Shown one piece after another: positions 26,279-33,902 of a stretch of DNA of 64,000 bases. The notes beneath the pieces were generated by a model that ran no database searches, was not told the DNA's origin, and was given only the letters and a program-made list of their open reading frames with translations. The position numbers were made by a program, and so were the translations under genes. The stretch is taken from NCBI GenBank assembly GCA_015067305.1, contig SVMT01000001.1:28749-92748 (forward strand). Direction: 5' to 3'. Every line of letters starts with the position of its first letter. Positions within the stretch are counted from its first letter, which is position 1. Source of the stretch: Oscillospiraceae bacterium. Its GTDB lineage: Bacteria; Bacillota; Clostridia; Oscillospirales; UBA644.

Positions 26279-28399
26279 TTATACATTATGGTCGTTTTCG
26301 TCAATATCCAGTCCCTCGAAAAGGGTGGGGGACATACAAGATCCATCCACACAGCCCAGATCCAAATCAAGGTCACTCATGAAGATCTTGTCATCCTTGC
26401 CCAGCGCACCGGGAATTATGGAGAATGTATTTGAAATACCGTCCTGCGCGTCGAGGAACGAAAGCTTTGAAACGGAAGCCAATGAAGCTACCGCACCGTG
26501 TGTGTCACGTCTGTGCATGGGGTTCGCACCCGGTGCAAAAGGTTCGCCTGCTTTTCTGCCGTCGGGAGTTGAACCCGTCGCCTTGCCGTAAACCACGTTT
26601 GAAGTGATAGTCAAGATCGAAGTCGTGGGCACACCGTCTCTGTAAGTGTGATTTTTGCGGATATGTTCCATGAAAATATGGACGATATCCCTTGCTATCT
26701 TATCAACTCTGTCATCATCGTTTCCGTATTTGGGGAAGTCTCCCTTAACTTCATAGTCCACAGCGAGACCCGTTTCGTCTCTGATGACCTTAACTTTTGC
26801 ATATTTTATAGCCGAAAGTGAGTCCGCTACAACGGAAAGACCTGCAATACCTGTTGCAAACCAGCGCTTGACATCCTTGTCGTGGAGCGCCATCTGTAGT
26901 TTTTCGTAGCAGTATTTATCGTGCATGTAGTGGATAACATTCAGCGTATTTACATAAACTTCCGCAAGCCAGCGCATCATAGCGTCATATTTGTGCATAA
27001 CTTCGTCGTAATCAAGATATTCGGAAGTGATGGGCGTATATTCGGGACCGACCTGCTTGCGTGAAACCTCGTCCACACCGCCGTTTATTGCGTAAAGCAA
27101 ACATTTTGCAAGGTTTGCTCTCGCGCCGAAGAACTGCATTTCCTTACCTATCTTCATTGACGAAACGCAACAAGCGATAGCGTAGTCGTCGCCACGTGTA
27201 ATACGCATCATGTCGTCGTTTTCGTACTGGAGAGACGATGTCTCTATGGAAATTTTCGCACAGTAGCGCTTGAAGTTTTCGGGAAGTCTCGTTGACCAGA
27301 GGACTGTAAGGTTCGGTTCAGGTGCCGAGCCGAGATTTTCCAATGTATGTATATATCTATAAGTCATTTTTGTGACCAGATGTCTGCCGTCAACCAGCAT
27401 ACCTGCCAAAGATTCCGTTACCCACTGGGGGTCACCTGAGAAAAGCTGATTGTATTCGGGTGTTCTTGCAAATTTAACCAGACGGAGCTTCATGATGAAA
27501 TGGTCAACCATTTCCTGAATTTCCGATTCCGTAAATGTTCCGTTTGCAAGGTCTCTTTCAGCGTAAATGTCAAGGAAAGTTGCAGTTCTGCCCAATGACA
27601 TTGCCGCACCGTTCTGCTCTTTTATTGCGCCGAGATAACCGAAATAAAGCCACTGGATAGCTTCCTGAGTGTTTCTTGCAGGAAGCGAAATATCATAACC
27701 GTAGCTCTTCGCCATTGCTTTCAGCTGATGTAAAGCACGTATCTGTTCCGAAAGCTCTTCTCTGTCGCGGATAATTTCCTCATACATGGTGGAGCGAGTT
27801 GTCTGTTTCTGCTCTTCTTTATCCTCAATAAGTCTGTCCACGCCGTAAAGCGCAACACGTCTGTAGTCGCCGATAATTCTTCCTCGGCCGTAAGCATCGG
27901 GAAGACCTGTGATAATATGACTGCTTCTGCAAGCTCTCATTTCAGGTGTATAAACATCAAAAACCCCTGCGTTATGTGTTTTTCTGTGAGTTTTGAAAAA
28001 TTCGCTGATTTCGGGATCCACCGTATAACCGTTATCTGAGCAAGCCTTTTCCGCCATTCTGATACCGCCGTAGGGCATCAGTGCGCGCTTGAAAGGCTTG
28101 TCCGTCTGGAAACCGACGATCTTTTCCTTTGATTTATCCAAATAGCCCGGACCGTGGGACGTGATCGTTGAGATCACTTTCGTATCCATGTCCAGAACGC
28201 CGCCTTTTTCGCGTTCCTGTTTTGAAAGCTCAAGAACCTGCTCCCAAAGGTCTATGGTATTCTGCGTAGGACCCTCAAGGAACTTCTCGTCGCCGTCATA
28301 AGGCGTATAGTTATGGTTGATAAAACTTCTTAAATTTATTTCTCTTGCCCAGGTTCCTTTTTCGAACCCTTCCCAACCTTCATAATGTCTGTCAATCAT
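26279..28399 (-). CDS. pflB: formate acetyltransferase (pyruvate formate-lyase) core, lacking the glycyl-radical domain
   Basis: Contains the adjacent active-site cysteines in YAIACCVS, and [19 protein letters not shown]. It ends after ALGKDD plus a 36-aa acidic tail. Start set at ATG 28399 (GGAG 8 nt upstream); the ORF track extends to 28429. Confidence 0.9.
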   Translation of the reverse strand: MIDRHYEGWEGFEKGTWAREINLRSFINHNYTPYDGDEKFLEGPTQNTIDLWEQVLELSKQEREKGGVLDMDTKVISTITSHGPGYLDKSKEKIVGFQTDKPFKRALMPYGGIRMAEKACSDNGYTVDPEISEFFKTHRKTHNAGVFDVYTPEMRACRSSHIITGLPDAYGRGRIIGDYRRVALYGVDRLIEDKEEQKQTTRSTMYEEIIRDREELSEQIRALHQLKAMAKSYGYDISLPARNTQEAIQWLYFGYLGAIKEQNGAAMSLGRTATFLDIYAERDLANGTFTESEIQEMVDHFIMKLRLVKFARTPEYNQLFSGDPQWVTESLAGMLVDGRHLVTKMTYRYIHTLENLGSAPEPNLTVLWSTRLPENFKRYCAKISIETSSLQYENDDMMRITRGDDYAIACCVSSMKIGKEMQFFGARANLAKCLLYAINGGVDEVSRKQVGPEYTPITSEYLDYDEVMHKYDAMMRWLAEVYVNTLNVIHYMHDKYCYEKLQMALHDKDVKRWFATGIAGLSVVADSLSAIKYAKVKVIRDETGLAVDYEVKGDFPKYGNDDDRVDKIARDIVHIFMEHIRKNHTYRDGVPTTSILTITSNVVYGKATGSTPDGRKAGEPFAPGANPMHRRDTHGAVASLASVSKLSFLDAQDGISNTFSIIPGALGKDDKIFMSDLDLDLGCVDGSCMSPTLFEGLDIDENDHNV

Positions 28400-28450
28400 T
28401 GGTAACACTCCAAATCCTATGGGAAACATTGACCCATTCTATCTACTAAT

Positions 28451-28479
28451 ATTATAGCACAAAATTCAAAGAAATACAA
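28451..28479 (-). promoter_or_regulatory. pflB promoter (extended -10)
   Basis: Minus strand reads TTGTAT, 17 nt, TATAAT preceded by TGTGC. It is part of a ~60-nt module also found inverted at 30609-30668. Confidence 0.6.
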
Positions 28480-28523
28480 GAGGTAAAACAGTACATTTTA
28501 GTGCTAAATTATGGAGAGATAGG

Positions 28524-28600
28524 GATTAGGTCATAGGCCTCAGGGGTTAGGCCTTAGGCCATAGGGTTTAGGTATCAGGTATCAGGTATTAGGTGTTAGG
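28524..28600. repeat. heptad array, TTAGG sense, 11 units
   Basis: GATTAGG TCATAGG CCTCAGG GGTTAGG CCTTAGG CCATAGG GTTTAGG TATCAGG TATCAGG TATTAGG TGTTAGG. Exact 7-nt register throughout. Confidence 0.92.
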
Positions 28601-28676
28601 TACATTTACCGATATGCTGAAACCAATCATTCCGTTTTTAAGTTTCGAATTTTTTCTGAATTCGAGGAGATCAATA

Positions 28677-28706
28677 TTGACACCATATATGACACCATGA
28701 TATAAT
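28677..28706 (+). promoter_or_regulatory. hicAB promoter
   Basis: TTGACA 28677-28682, 18-nt spacer ending in TGA (extended -10), TATAAT 28701-28706. Confidence 0.65.
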
Positions 28707-28717
28707 ATTATCAAGAG

Positions 28718-28978
28718 GTGATGAAAGTGTCAAAATGGGAAAAGCTTCTTTCCAGAATAAAAAATCTTGATAAAAACATGAGATTTGCGGAGTTGAAAAA
28801 GATTCTTGAAAGCTACGGTTATGAAATGCGAAGTCCTTCGGGAGGAAGCAGCCATTGCACTTTCCGAAAAAAAGGACGAAATCCAATCACAATCCCAATG
28901 CATGAACCGATAAAAACTGTATATATTCTTATGGTAAAAGAAATAATTGAAATGGAGGAAAATAATGAAAACTCTTGA
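28718..28978 (+). CDS. hicA: HicA-family mRNA interferase toxin
   Basis: ~85-aa ORF: ...LKKILESYGYEMRSPSGGSSHCTFRKKGRNPITIPMHEPIKTVYILMVKEII. Overlaps the downstream antitoxin gene. Exact start (28718/28721/28727) is uncertain. Confidence 0.8.
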   Translation: MMKVSKWEKLLSRIKNLDKNMRFAELKKILESYGYEMRSPSGGSSHCTFRKKGRNPITIPMHEPIKTVYILMVKEIIEMEENNENS

Positions 28979-29327
28979 TTTTTATATGAATCTTCCTTAT
29001 AAAATGGAGATAATCCCCGATAGTATTGAAGGCGGCTATGTTGTAAAGTTCCCCGAACTTCCAGGTTGCTTGACTTGTTGCAGTTCGATGTCCGATATTG
29101 CTGCTGTTTCTACGGATTGTAAGCGCCAGTGGCTTCTTGCCGCAATGGAGGACGGTTCCGAGATCCCCGAACCAACATCTGCAGACGAATTTTCAGGTCA
29201 GTTCAAACTCCGTCTGCCCAAATCACTCCATAAAACACTTTCGGAAAAATCAAAAGAGGAAGGTGTCAGCATGAATCAATATTGCGTATATCTGCTGACA
29301 AAAAATAATTCCCTTTATACTAAATAG
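28965..29327 (+). CDS. hicB: HicB-family antitoxin with C-terminal RHH-like DNA-binding tail
   Basis: From ATG 28965 (GGAGG upstream): MKTLDFYMNLPYKMEIIPDSIEGGYVVKFPELPGCLTC...FKLRLPKSLHKTLSEKSKEEGVSMNQY. Confidence 0.85.
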   Translation: MKTLDFYMNLPYKMEIIPDSIEGGYVVKFPELPGCLTCCSSMSDIAAVSTDCKRQWLLAAMEDGSEIPEPTSADEFSGQFKLRLPKSLHKTLSEKSKEEGVSMNQYCVYLLTKNNSLYTK

Positions 29328-29457
29328 GCCACAGGATTTAGGCCTTAGTGTAAAATGATATAATAATAAGAGCTACCGCAATATTTTCGTTGCGATAGCT
29401 TCTATAATTAAAAAAATGCAACCTTACTAAACCCTACGGCCTGTGGCCTAACACCTA
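29326..29457. terminator. T1 composite bidirectional terminator element
   Basis: Same architecture as 25104-25248. Core is AGCTACCGC-12 nt-GCGATAGCT (29371-29400), flanked by TTAGG/CCTAA heptads, between convergent hicB and the 29458 ORF. Confidence 0.8.
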
Positions 29458-30060
29458 CTATGCCCTGGTATCTGTAATTACGGCTTGCATATTACCCGTT
29501 TTATTTTCTTTTATCTTCATATTTATCAGTTCCTGAGCCTTTGTCTCTGAGTCGACGGCTAAGACAAAATAAAGATTTTCCTCGGTTTTAGGACAAATAA
29601 GAAGCATTCCTTCACAGGCGTTGACCCATTTTATCTCATTATAACGCAAGTTGAATCTATGCAAAGTTCCCGGTCTGTCTCCGAAGCCGAAATAAATGCC
29701 CTCAATATTTTCTTCTCTGACAAAAACAAATGTATTGCACATTTGCTTAAACGCATAATGATGGGAAAACGGCGTGAATGTATCAAGAAGTATTTTGTTG
29801 ACCCCTGTTTTTAATATTTTGAATTCCTCACTAAAATGTGCTGTCTGCCTTCTTAATAAAGGTTCACGGTCAAAACCACAATAAAGGCAAATATTGCAAT
29901 GTGTAATTTGTCGTCCGCAGTTTTCGCAGAATGTAAACCGTTCTGACCAATCATAAAATTCTTCACCGAACATTTTATAGTATCCGAATTTTTTTATTCT
30001 GAATTCTCTTATGATCTTCCCAAACGCATGTTGGCTTTTCAATGCAACCTTGTACTTCAT
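29458..30060 (-). CDS. hypothetical protein with Cys-rich zinc-ribbon-like segment
   Basis: 200-aa ORF with FCENCGRQITHCNICLYCG. I recognise no family. RBS GAAAGAAGG. It lies 22 nt downstream of the terminator of structured RNA 1. Confidence 0.6.
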   Translation of the reverse strand: MKYKVALKSQHAFGKIIREFRIKKFGYYKMFGEEFYDWSERFTFCENCGRQITHCNICLYCGFDREPLLRRQTAHFSEEFKILKTGVNKILLDTFTPFSHHYAFKQMCNTFVFVREENIEGIYFGFGDRPGTLHRFNLRYNEIKWVNACEGMLLICPKTEENLYFVLAVDSETKAQELINMKIKENKTGNMQAVITDTRA

Positions 30061-30081
30061 AAAATACCTTCTTTCGTTAAT

Positions 30082-30245
30082 AAAAAATGCGCCCCGAAGG
30101 ACGCATGAAAAAATGTTTCCTTCCGTTAGCTGTCACACGAACGTATTTCAAATCACACAAAGGGATTGAGAAGTGAAGAAAACACCTTTTACCAAGGTAT
30201 TTTCCCCTTTATGATTTGAAATAGTAATATTAAATTCGTGTGACA
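30082..30245 (-). ncRNA. structured RNA, copy 1 (~164 nt), unknown family
   Basis: Own promoter at 30251-30279. Long imperfect hairpin (GTCACACGAA.../...TTCGTGTGAC) is capped by a 27-nt apical hairpin (30178-30204) identical in copy 2. Terminator is ATGCGTCC-TTCG-GGGCGCAT plus a U run (30106-30082). Confidence 0.6.
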
Positions 30246-30250
30246 TGATG

Positions 30251-30279
30251 ATTATACCATATTTTATGGGTTTTGTCAA
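30251..30279 (-). promoter_or_regulatory. consensus promoter of structured RNA 1
   Basis: Minus strand reads TTGACA (30279-30274), 17 nt, TATAAT (30256-30251). Confidence 0.75.
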
Positions 30280-30330
30280 TATATAAAGAAAAATAAGATC
30301 TCCTTATCTATTAAAATTAAATTGAGCAAC

Positions 30331-30494
30331 AAAAAATGCGCCCCGAAGGACGCATGAAAAAGTGCTTCCTCCATTGTTACCACGCAATGTATAATCATAT
30401 CTTTCAACGAGATAGGTTATCGAGAGAAAACACCTTTTACCAAGGTATTTTCTCGTTGAAAATATATAATTATACAAATAAGCGTGGTAAGCTT
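30331..30494 (-). ncRNA. structured RNA, copy 2 (~164 nt), paralog of copy 1
   Basis: Own promoter at 30501-30529. Outer stem TTACCACGC/GCGTGGTAA has a different sequence from copy 1 but the same architecture. Apical hairpin (30426-30452) and terminator (30355-30331) are identical to copy 1. Confidence 0.6.
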
Positions 30495-30500
30495 GATTTT

Positions 30501-30529
30501 ATTATAGCATACTTTTGGGGAAATGTCAA
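30501..30529 (-). promoter_or_regulatory. consensus promoter of structured RNA 2
   Basis: Minus strand reads TTGACA (30529-30524), 17 nt, TATAAT (30506-30501). Confidence 0.75.
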
Positions 30530-30568
30530 GATACAAAGGGCTTCGAAGATTAAAGTTATAATTAAAAC

Positions 30569-30596
30569 CTAATACCTAAAACCTAGCACCTAAACC
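30569..30596. repeat. heptad array, CCTAA sense (4 units)
   Basis: CTAATAC CTAAAAC CTAGCAC CTAAACC. Inverted relative to array 28524-28600 at the other edge of the islet. Confidence 0.88.
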
Positions 30597-30639
30597 CTAT
30601 TGAAGCCTAATTTAGCACTAAAATGTACTGATTTCTCCA

Positions 30640-30668
30640 TTGTATTTCTCTTAATTTTGTGCTATAAT
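30640..30668 (+). promoter_or_regulatory. secA promoter (extended -10)
   Basis: TTGTAT 30640-30645, 17 nt, TATAAT 30663-30668 preceded by TGTGC. Confidence 0.6.
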
Positions 30669-30732
30669 GAAATGTAGAATTATAATTATGCCTTTTGGGG
30701 CTTTGAAAACATAGATTTGAAAGGACATTTTA

Positions 30733-33474
30733 ATGGGACTTTTTGATTTCTTTGGAAATTACAGCAAAAAAGAGCTGAAAAAGATCGATCCGATCATCAA
30801 AAAAATAAATGCATTGGAGCCTGACTTCCAAAAGCTTACAGATGCGGAACTCCGCAACAAAACAGAAGAATTCAAGAAACGTTACGCAGAGGGCGAAAGC
30901 CTCGATTCCATGCTCCCCGAAGCTTTTGCGACGGTGAGAGAGGGGGCGGTACGTGTTCTCGGCATGAGACATTACGACTGCCAGCTTATCGGCGGTATCA
31001 TTCTGCATCAGGGCAGAATTGCGGAAATGAAAACAGGTGAAGGTAAGACACTTGTGGCTACTCTTCCTTGTTACCTCAATGCGCTTACAGGAAAAGGCGT
31101 CCATGTTGTTACAGTCAATGAATACCTTGCACGCCGTGACAGCGAGTGGATGGGCAAAGTTTACAGATTTTTAGGTCTTTCCGTCGGTATTATTTCCCAC
31201 GACATGAATAACGACGACCGCAGAAAAGCTTATGCCGCTGATATTACTTACGGTACAAACAACGAATACGGCTTCGACTATCTCCGTGATAATATGGTTC
31301 TTTATAAGGAACACATGGTTCAGAGAGGTCATGCTTTTGCTATCGTGGACGAAGTTGACTCTATCCTCATTGATGAAGCAAGAACTCCTCTTATTATTTC
31401 AGGTCAGGGCGACCAGAGCGACGATATGTACGAAAAAGCAAATGCTTTCGTAAAAAGACTGAGATGCTTGCGTGTAAAAGAGATCGACAACAAGGAATCC
31501 ACCGATAATATTGCCGAAGATTACATCGTTGACGAGAAAAACAAGACTGCTGTTCTGACCAAAAACGGTATCGAAAAGGCTCAGAGAGTTTTCAATGTGG
31601 AAAACTACGCAGATTCCGCAAATGTTGAACTCCAGCACTATATCAATCAGGCGATCAAAGCTCACGGCACAATGCAGAGAGATGTTGACTACGTTGTGAA
31701 AGACGGCGAAGTTATTATCGTTGACGAATTTACAGGTCGTCTGATGTACGGCAGAAGATTCTCCAACGGTCTGCACCAGTCCATCGAAGCAAAAGAGGGC
31801 GTAAAGATCGAAAACGAATCCAAGACCCTTGCAACTATAACTTTCCAGAACTACTTCAGAATTTACGGAAAACTTTCAGGTATGACAGGTACGGCGCTGA
31901 CTGAAGAAGAGGAATTCAAGGAGATATACTCCCTTGACGTTATTGAAATTCCCACAAACAAGCCAATGATACGTATGGATAATAACGACCAGATCTACAA
32001 GACAGAAATGGGAAAATTCAACGCAGTTGTAGGAAAGATCAAAGAATGTAACGAAAAAGGGCAGCCTGTTCTCGTTGGTACGGTTACTATTGAAAAATCC
32101 GAACTTCTCAGCAAAATATTGAAAAAAGAAGGCATCAAACATAATGTTTTGAACGCAAAATACCACGAAAAAGAAGCGTCCATCATTGCTCAGGCAGGTA
32201 AAAAAGGCGCTGTGACCATTGCCACAAACATGGCAGGTCGTGGTACGGACATCATGCTTGGCGGTAACACCGAATATCTGGCAAAAGCGCAGATGGAAAA
32301 AGAGGGCTTTGAACATGACCTCATCGTTGAAGCTACGGGCAAAGCTGATACAAATGACGAAAATATCCTCAATGCGAGAGCAAGATACGAAGAGCTTTAT
32401 GCGCAGTTCAAACCTGTTGTTGAAGCTGAAGCGGAAGAAGTTAAGGCTGCCGGAGGTCTTTGCATCATCGGTACGGAAAGACACGAATCACGCCGAATCG
32501 ACAATCAGCTCCGCGGACGTTCAGGCCGACAGGGTGACGTGGGCGAAAGTACCTTCTTCCTTTCCCTTGAAGACGACCTTCTGAGACTTTTCGGCGGCGA
32601 AAGAGTTTCCCGCATGGCTGAAATGATGAATCTGCCCGAAGATGAAGCCATTGACGCAAAAATTCTCTCAAATGCTATTGAAAATGCACAGAAAAAGGTT
32701 GAAAGCGTAAACTTTGCACGCAGAAAACGTGTCCTTGAATACGACGATGTTATCAACCAGCAGAGACATATTATTTACGAACAGAGAAGACAGGTCCTTG
32801 ACGGTGAAGACCTTAGAGCCACAGTTCTCAAGATGCTCGACGATGTTATATCCAATGCGGAAGAGCAGTTTATGGCAGACGAACAGCCCATAAACTGGGA
32901 TTTTGAAGGTCTCCGTCAGCGTTTCATGGGTATTTTCCTCGGAAAAGACGATTTCAGATACAGCGATGAAGAACTCACAAAGCTCAAGAAAAAGGATGTT
33001 GACGAATTCCTCCGCGGCAGAGCAAAAGAAGCGTATGAGCGCAGTGAAAACGACAACACACCCGAAAAAATGCGTGAACTTGAACGTGTTGTATTGCTGA
33101 AGACCGTTGACAAATATTGGATGGAACACATCGACGCAATGGATGACCTGAAACAAGGTATTTCACTCCGTGCGTACAGCAACCGTGACCCCGTTCTTGA
33201 ATACAAATTTGAAAGTTTTGACATGTTCGACGAAATGATAAATACTATCAAATTCGAGACTGTCAGAAACTGCATCTGCCTCAGAATAGTGCGTCCTGAA
33301 ATGATCCAGCGTCGTTCTGTTGCAAGACCAGCCGATCCTGCCACAACAGCAGGCATGGGCGGCGGACCAAAAGAACCTGTAAAGAAAAATTCCACAGAAA
33401 AAGTGGGCAGAAATGACCCCTGTCCCTGCGGAAGCGGCAAAAAGTACAAAAAATGCTGCGGAGCGAATGAATAG
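30733..33474 (+). CDS. secA: preprotein translocase ATPase SecA
   Basis: 913-aa ORF with [14 protein letters not shown] (Walker A), [31 protein letters not shown] and C-terminal Zn finger [13 protein letters not shown]. Confidence 0.97.
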   Translation: MGLFDFFGNYSKKELKKIDPIIKKINALEPDFQKLTDAELRNKTEEFKKRYAEGESLDSMLPEAFATVREGAVRVLGMRHYDCQLIGGIILHQGRIAEMKTGEGKTLVATLPCYLNALTGKGVHVVTVNEYLARRDSEWMGKVYRFLGLSVGIISHDMNNDDRRKAYAADITYGTNNEYGFDYLRDNMVLYKEHMVQRGHAFAIVDEVDSILIDEARTPLIISGQGDQSDDMYEKANAFVKRLRCLRVKEIDNKESTDNIAEDYIVDEKNKTAVLTKNGIEKAQRVFNVENYADSANVELQHYINQAIKAHGTMQRDVDYVVKDGEVIIVDEFTGRLMYGRRFSNGLHQSIEAKEGVKIENESKTLATITFQNYFRIYGKLSGMTGTALTEEEEFKEIYSLDVIEIPTNKPMIRMDNNDQIYKTEMGKFNAVVGKIKECNEKGQPVLVGTVTIEKSELLSKILKKEGIKHNVLNAKYHEKEASIIAQAGKKGAVTIATNMAGRGTDIMLGGNTEYLAKAQMEKEGFEHDLIVEATGKADTNDENILNARARYEELYAQFKPVVEAEAEEVKAAGGLCIIGTERHESRRIDNQLRGRSGRQGDVGESTFFLSLEDDLLRLFGGERVSRMAEMMNLPEDEAIDAKILSNAIENAQKKVESVNFARRKRVLEYDDVINQQRHIIYEQRRQVLDGEDLRATVLKMLDDVISNAEEQFMADEQPINWDFEGLRQRFMGIFLGKDDFRYSDEELTKLKKKDVDEFLRGRAKEAYERSENDNTPEKMRELERVVLLKTVDKYWMEHIDAMDDLKQGISLRAYSNRDPVLEYKFESFDMFDEMINTIKFETVRNCICLRIVRPEMIQRRSVARPADPATTAGMGGGPKEPVKKNSTEKVGRNDPCPCGSGKKYKKCCGANE

Positions 33475-33790
33475 GGCTTAGGTATTAGGTTATAGGTGTT
33501 AGTTTTGGTAAGGTTACAATTTTTTAATTATAAAAGGGGCTGGCTCATTTAGCGCAGAACAAAAGCCCCCCTTGAAATTTAAGACAATTTTTAACTAAAA
33601 AAATACTGTCCATATTTTTAAAATGTTGAAATCCACCGAATTTTCGGTGGATTCCTTCAATTATATGGGGCTTTTTAGTCTCGATTTGGCTCTCTACCGT
33701 ACCCACGTACGCCGACGAGAACCAAATCGCGCCTTCTGCATCTAACTGAGCTACCCCCTGTTTTTTATCTATTTTACACTAAGGTCGAAA
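33473..33790. repeat. expanded T1-type element with ~220-nt nested core
   Basis: Arms AGGTTACAATTTTTTAATTATAAAAG (33511-) and CTGTTTTTTATCTATTTTACACTAAGG (-33784) match the arms of 25104-25248 in inverted order. The core is bounded by imperfect inverted repeats GGGGCTGGCTCATTTAGCGCAGAA (33536-33559) and TTCTGCATCTAACTGAGCTACCCCC (33734-33758), and holds the extra hairpin 33628-33655. Confidence 0.7.
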
Positions 33791-33835
33791 TTCTAAAACT
33801 TAACTTTGAAATAATTGTTGCACCGCCCCGATGTC

Positions 33836-33864
33836 TTGACATTTCATTGATTTTGGTGTACAAT
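33836..33864 (+). promoter_or_regulatory. comM promoter
   Basis: TTGACA 33836-33841, 17 nt, TACAAT 33859-33864. Confidence 0.6.
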
Positions 33865-33902
33865 ATATGTATGTTATAATAGGTAAAGAAAAGAGGGGCA
33901 AT

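Noticed and set aside
26279-26390. Considered an intein or split intein at the PFL break (tail contains GCVDGSC... and ends DHNV)
   Set aside because: The inserted tail is only 36 aa, far below the minimum intein size. It lacks the N- and C-terminal splicing blocks in register, and a stop codon plus a new start separate the pieces.
30336-30572. 78-aa plus-strand ORF (and a 29-aa analogue at 30087)
   Set aside because: The two paralogous loci share only the first 12 codons, which are the terminator hairpin read backwards. The rest is unrelated. Promoter and terminator signals favour minus-strand non-coding RNAs.
33660-33758. Possible tRNA or tmRNA gene because of GGGGGTAGCTCAGTTAGATGCAG on the minus strand
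   Set aside because: No acceptor-stem complement, anticodon arm or GTTCRAATC T-arm follows, and there is no CCA-proximal pairing. It fits better as an inverted-repeat arm of a nested repeat element.
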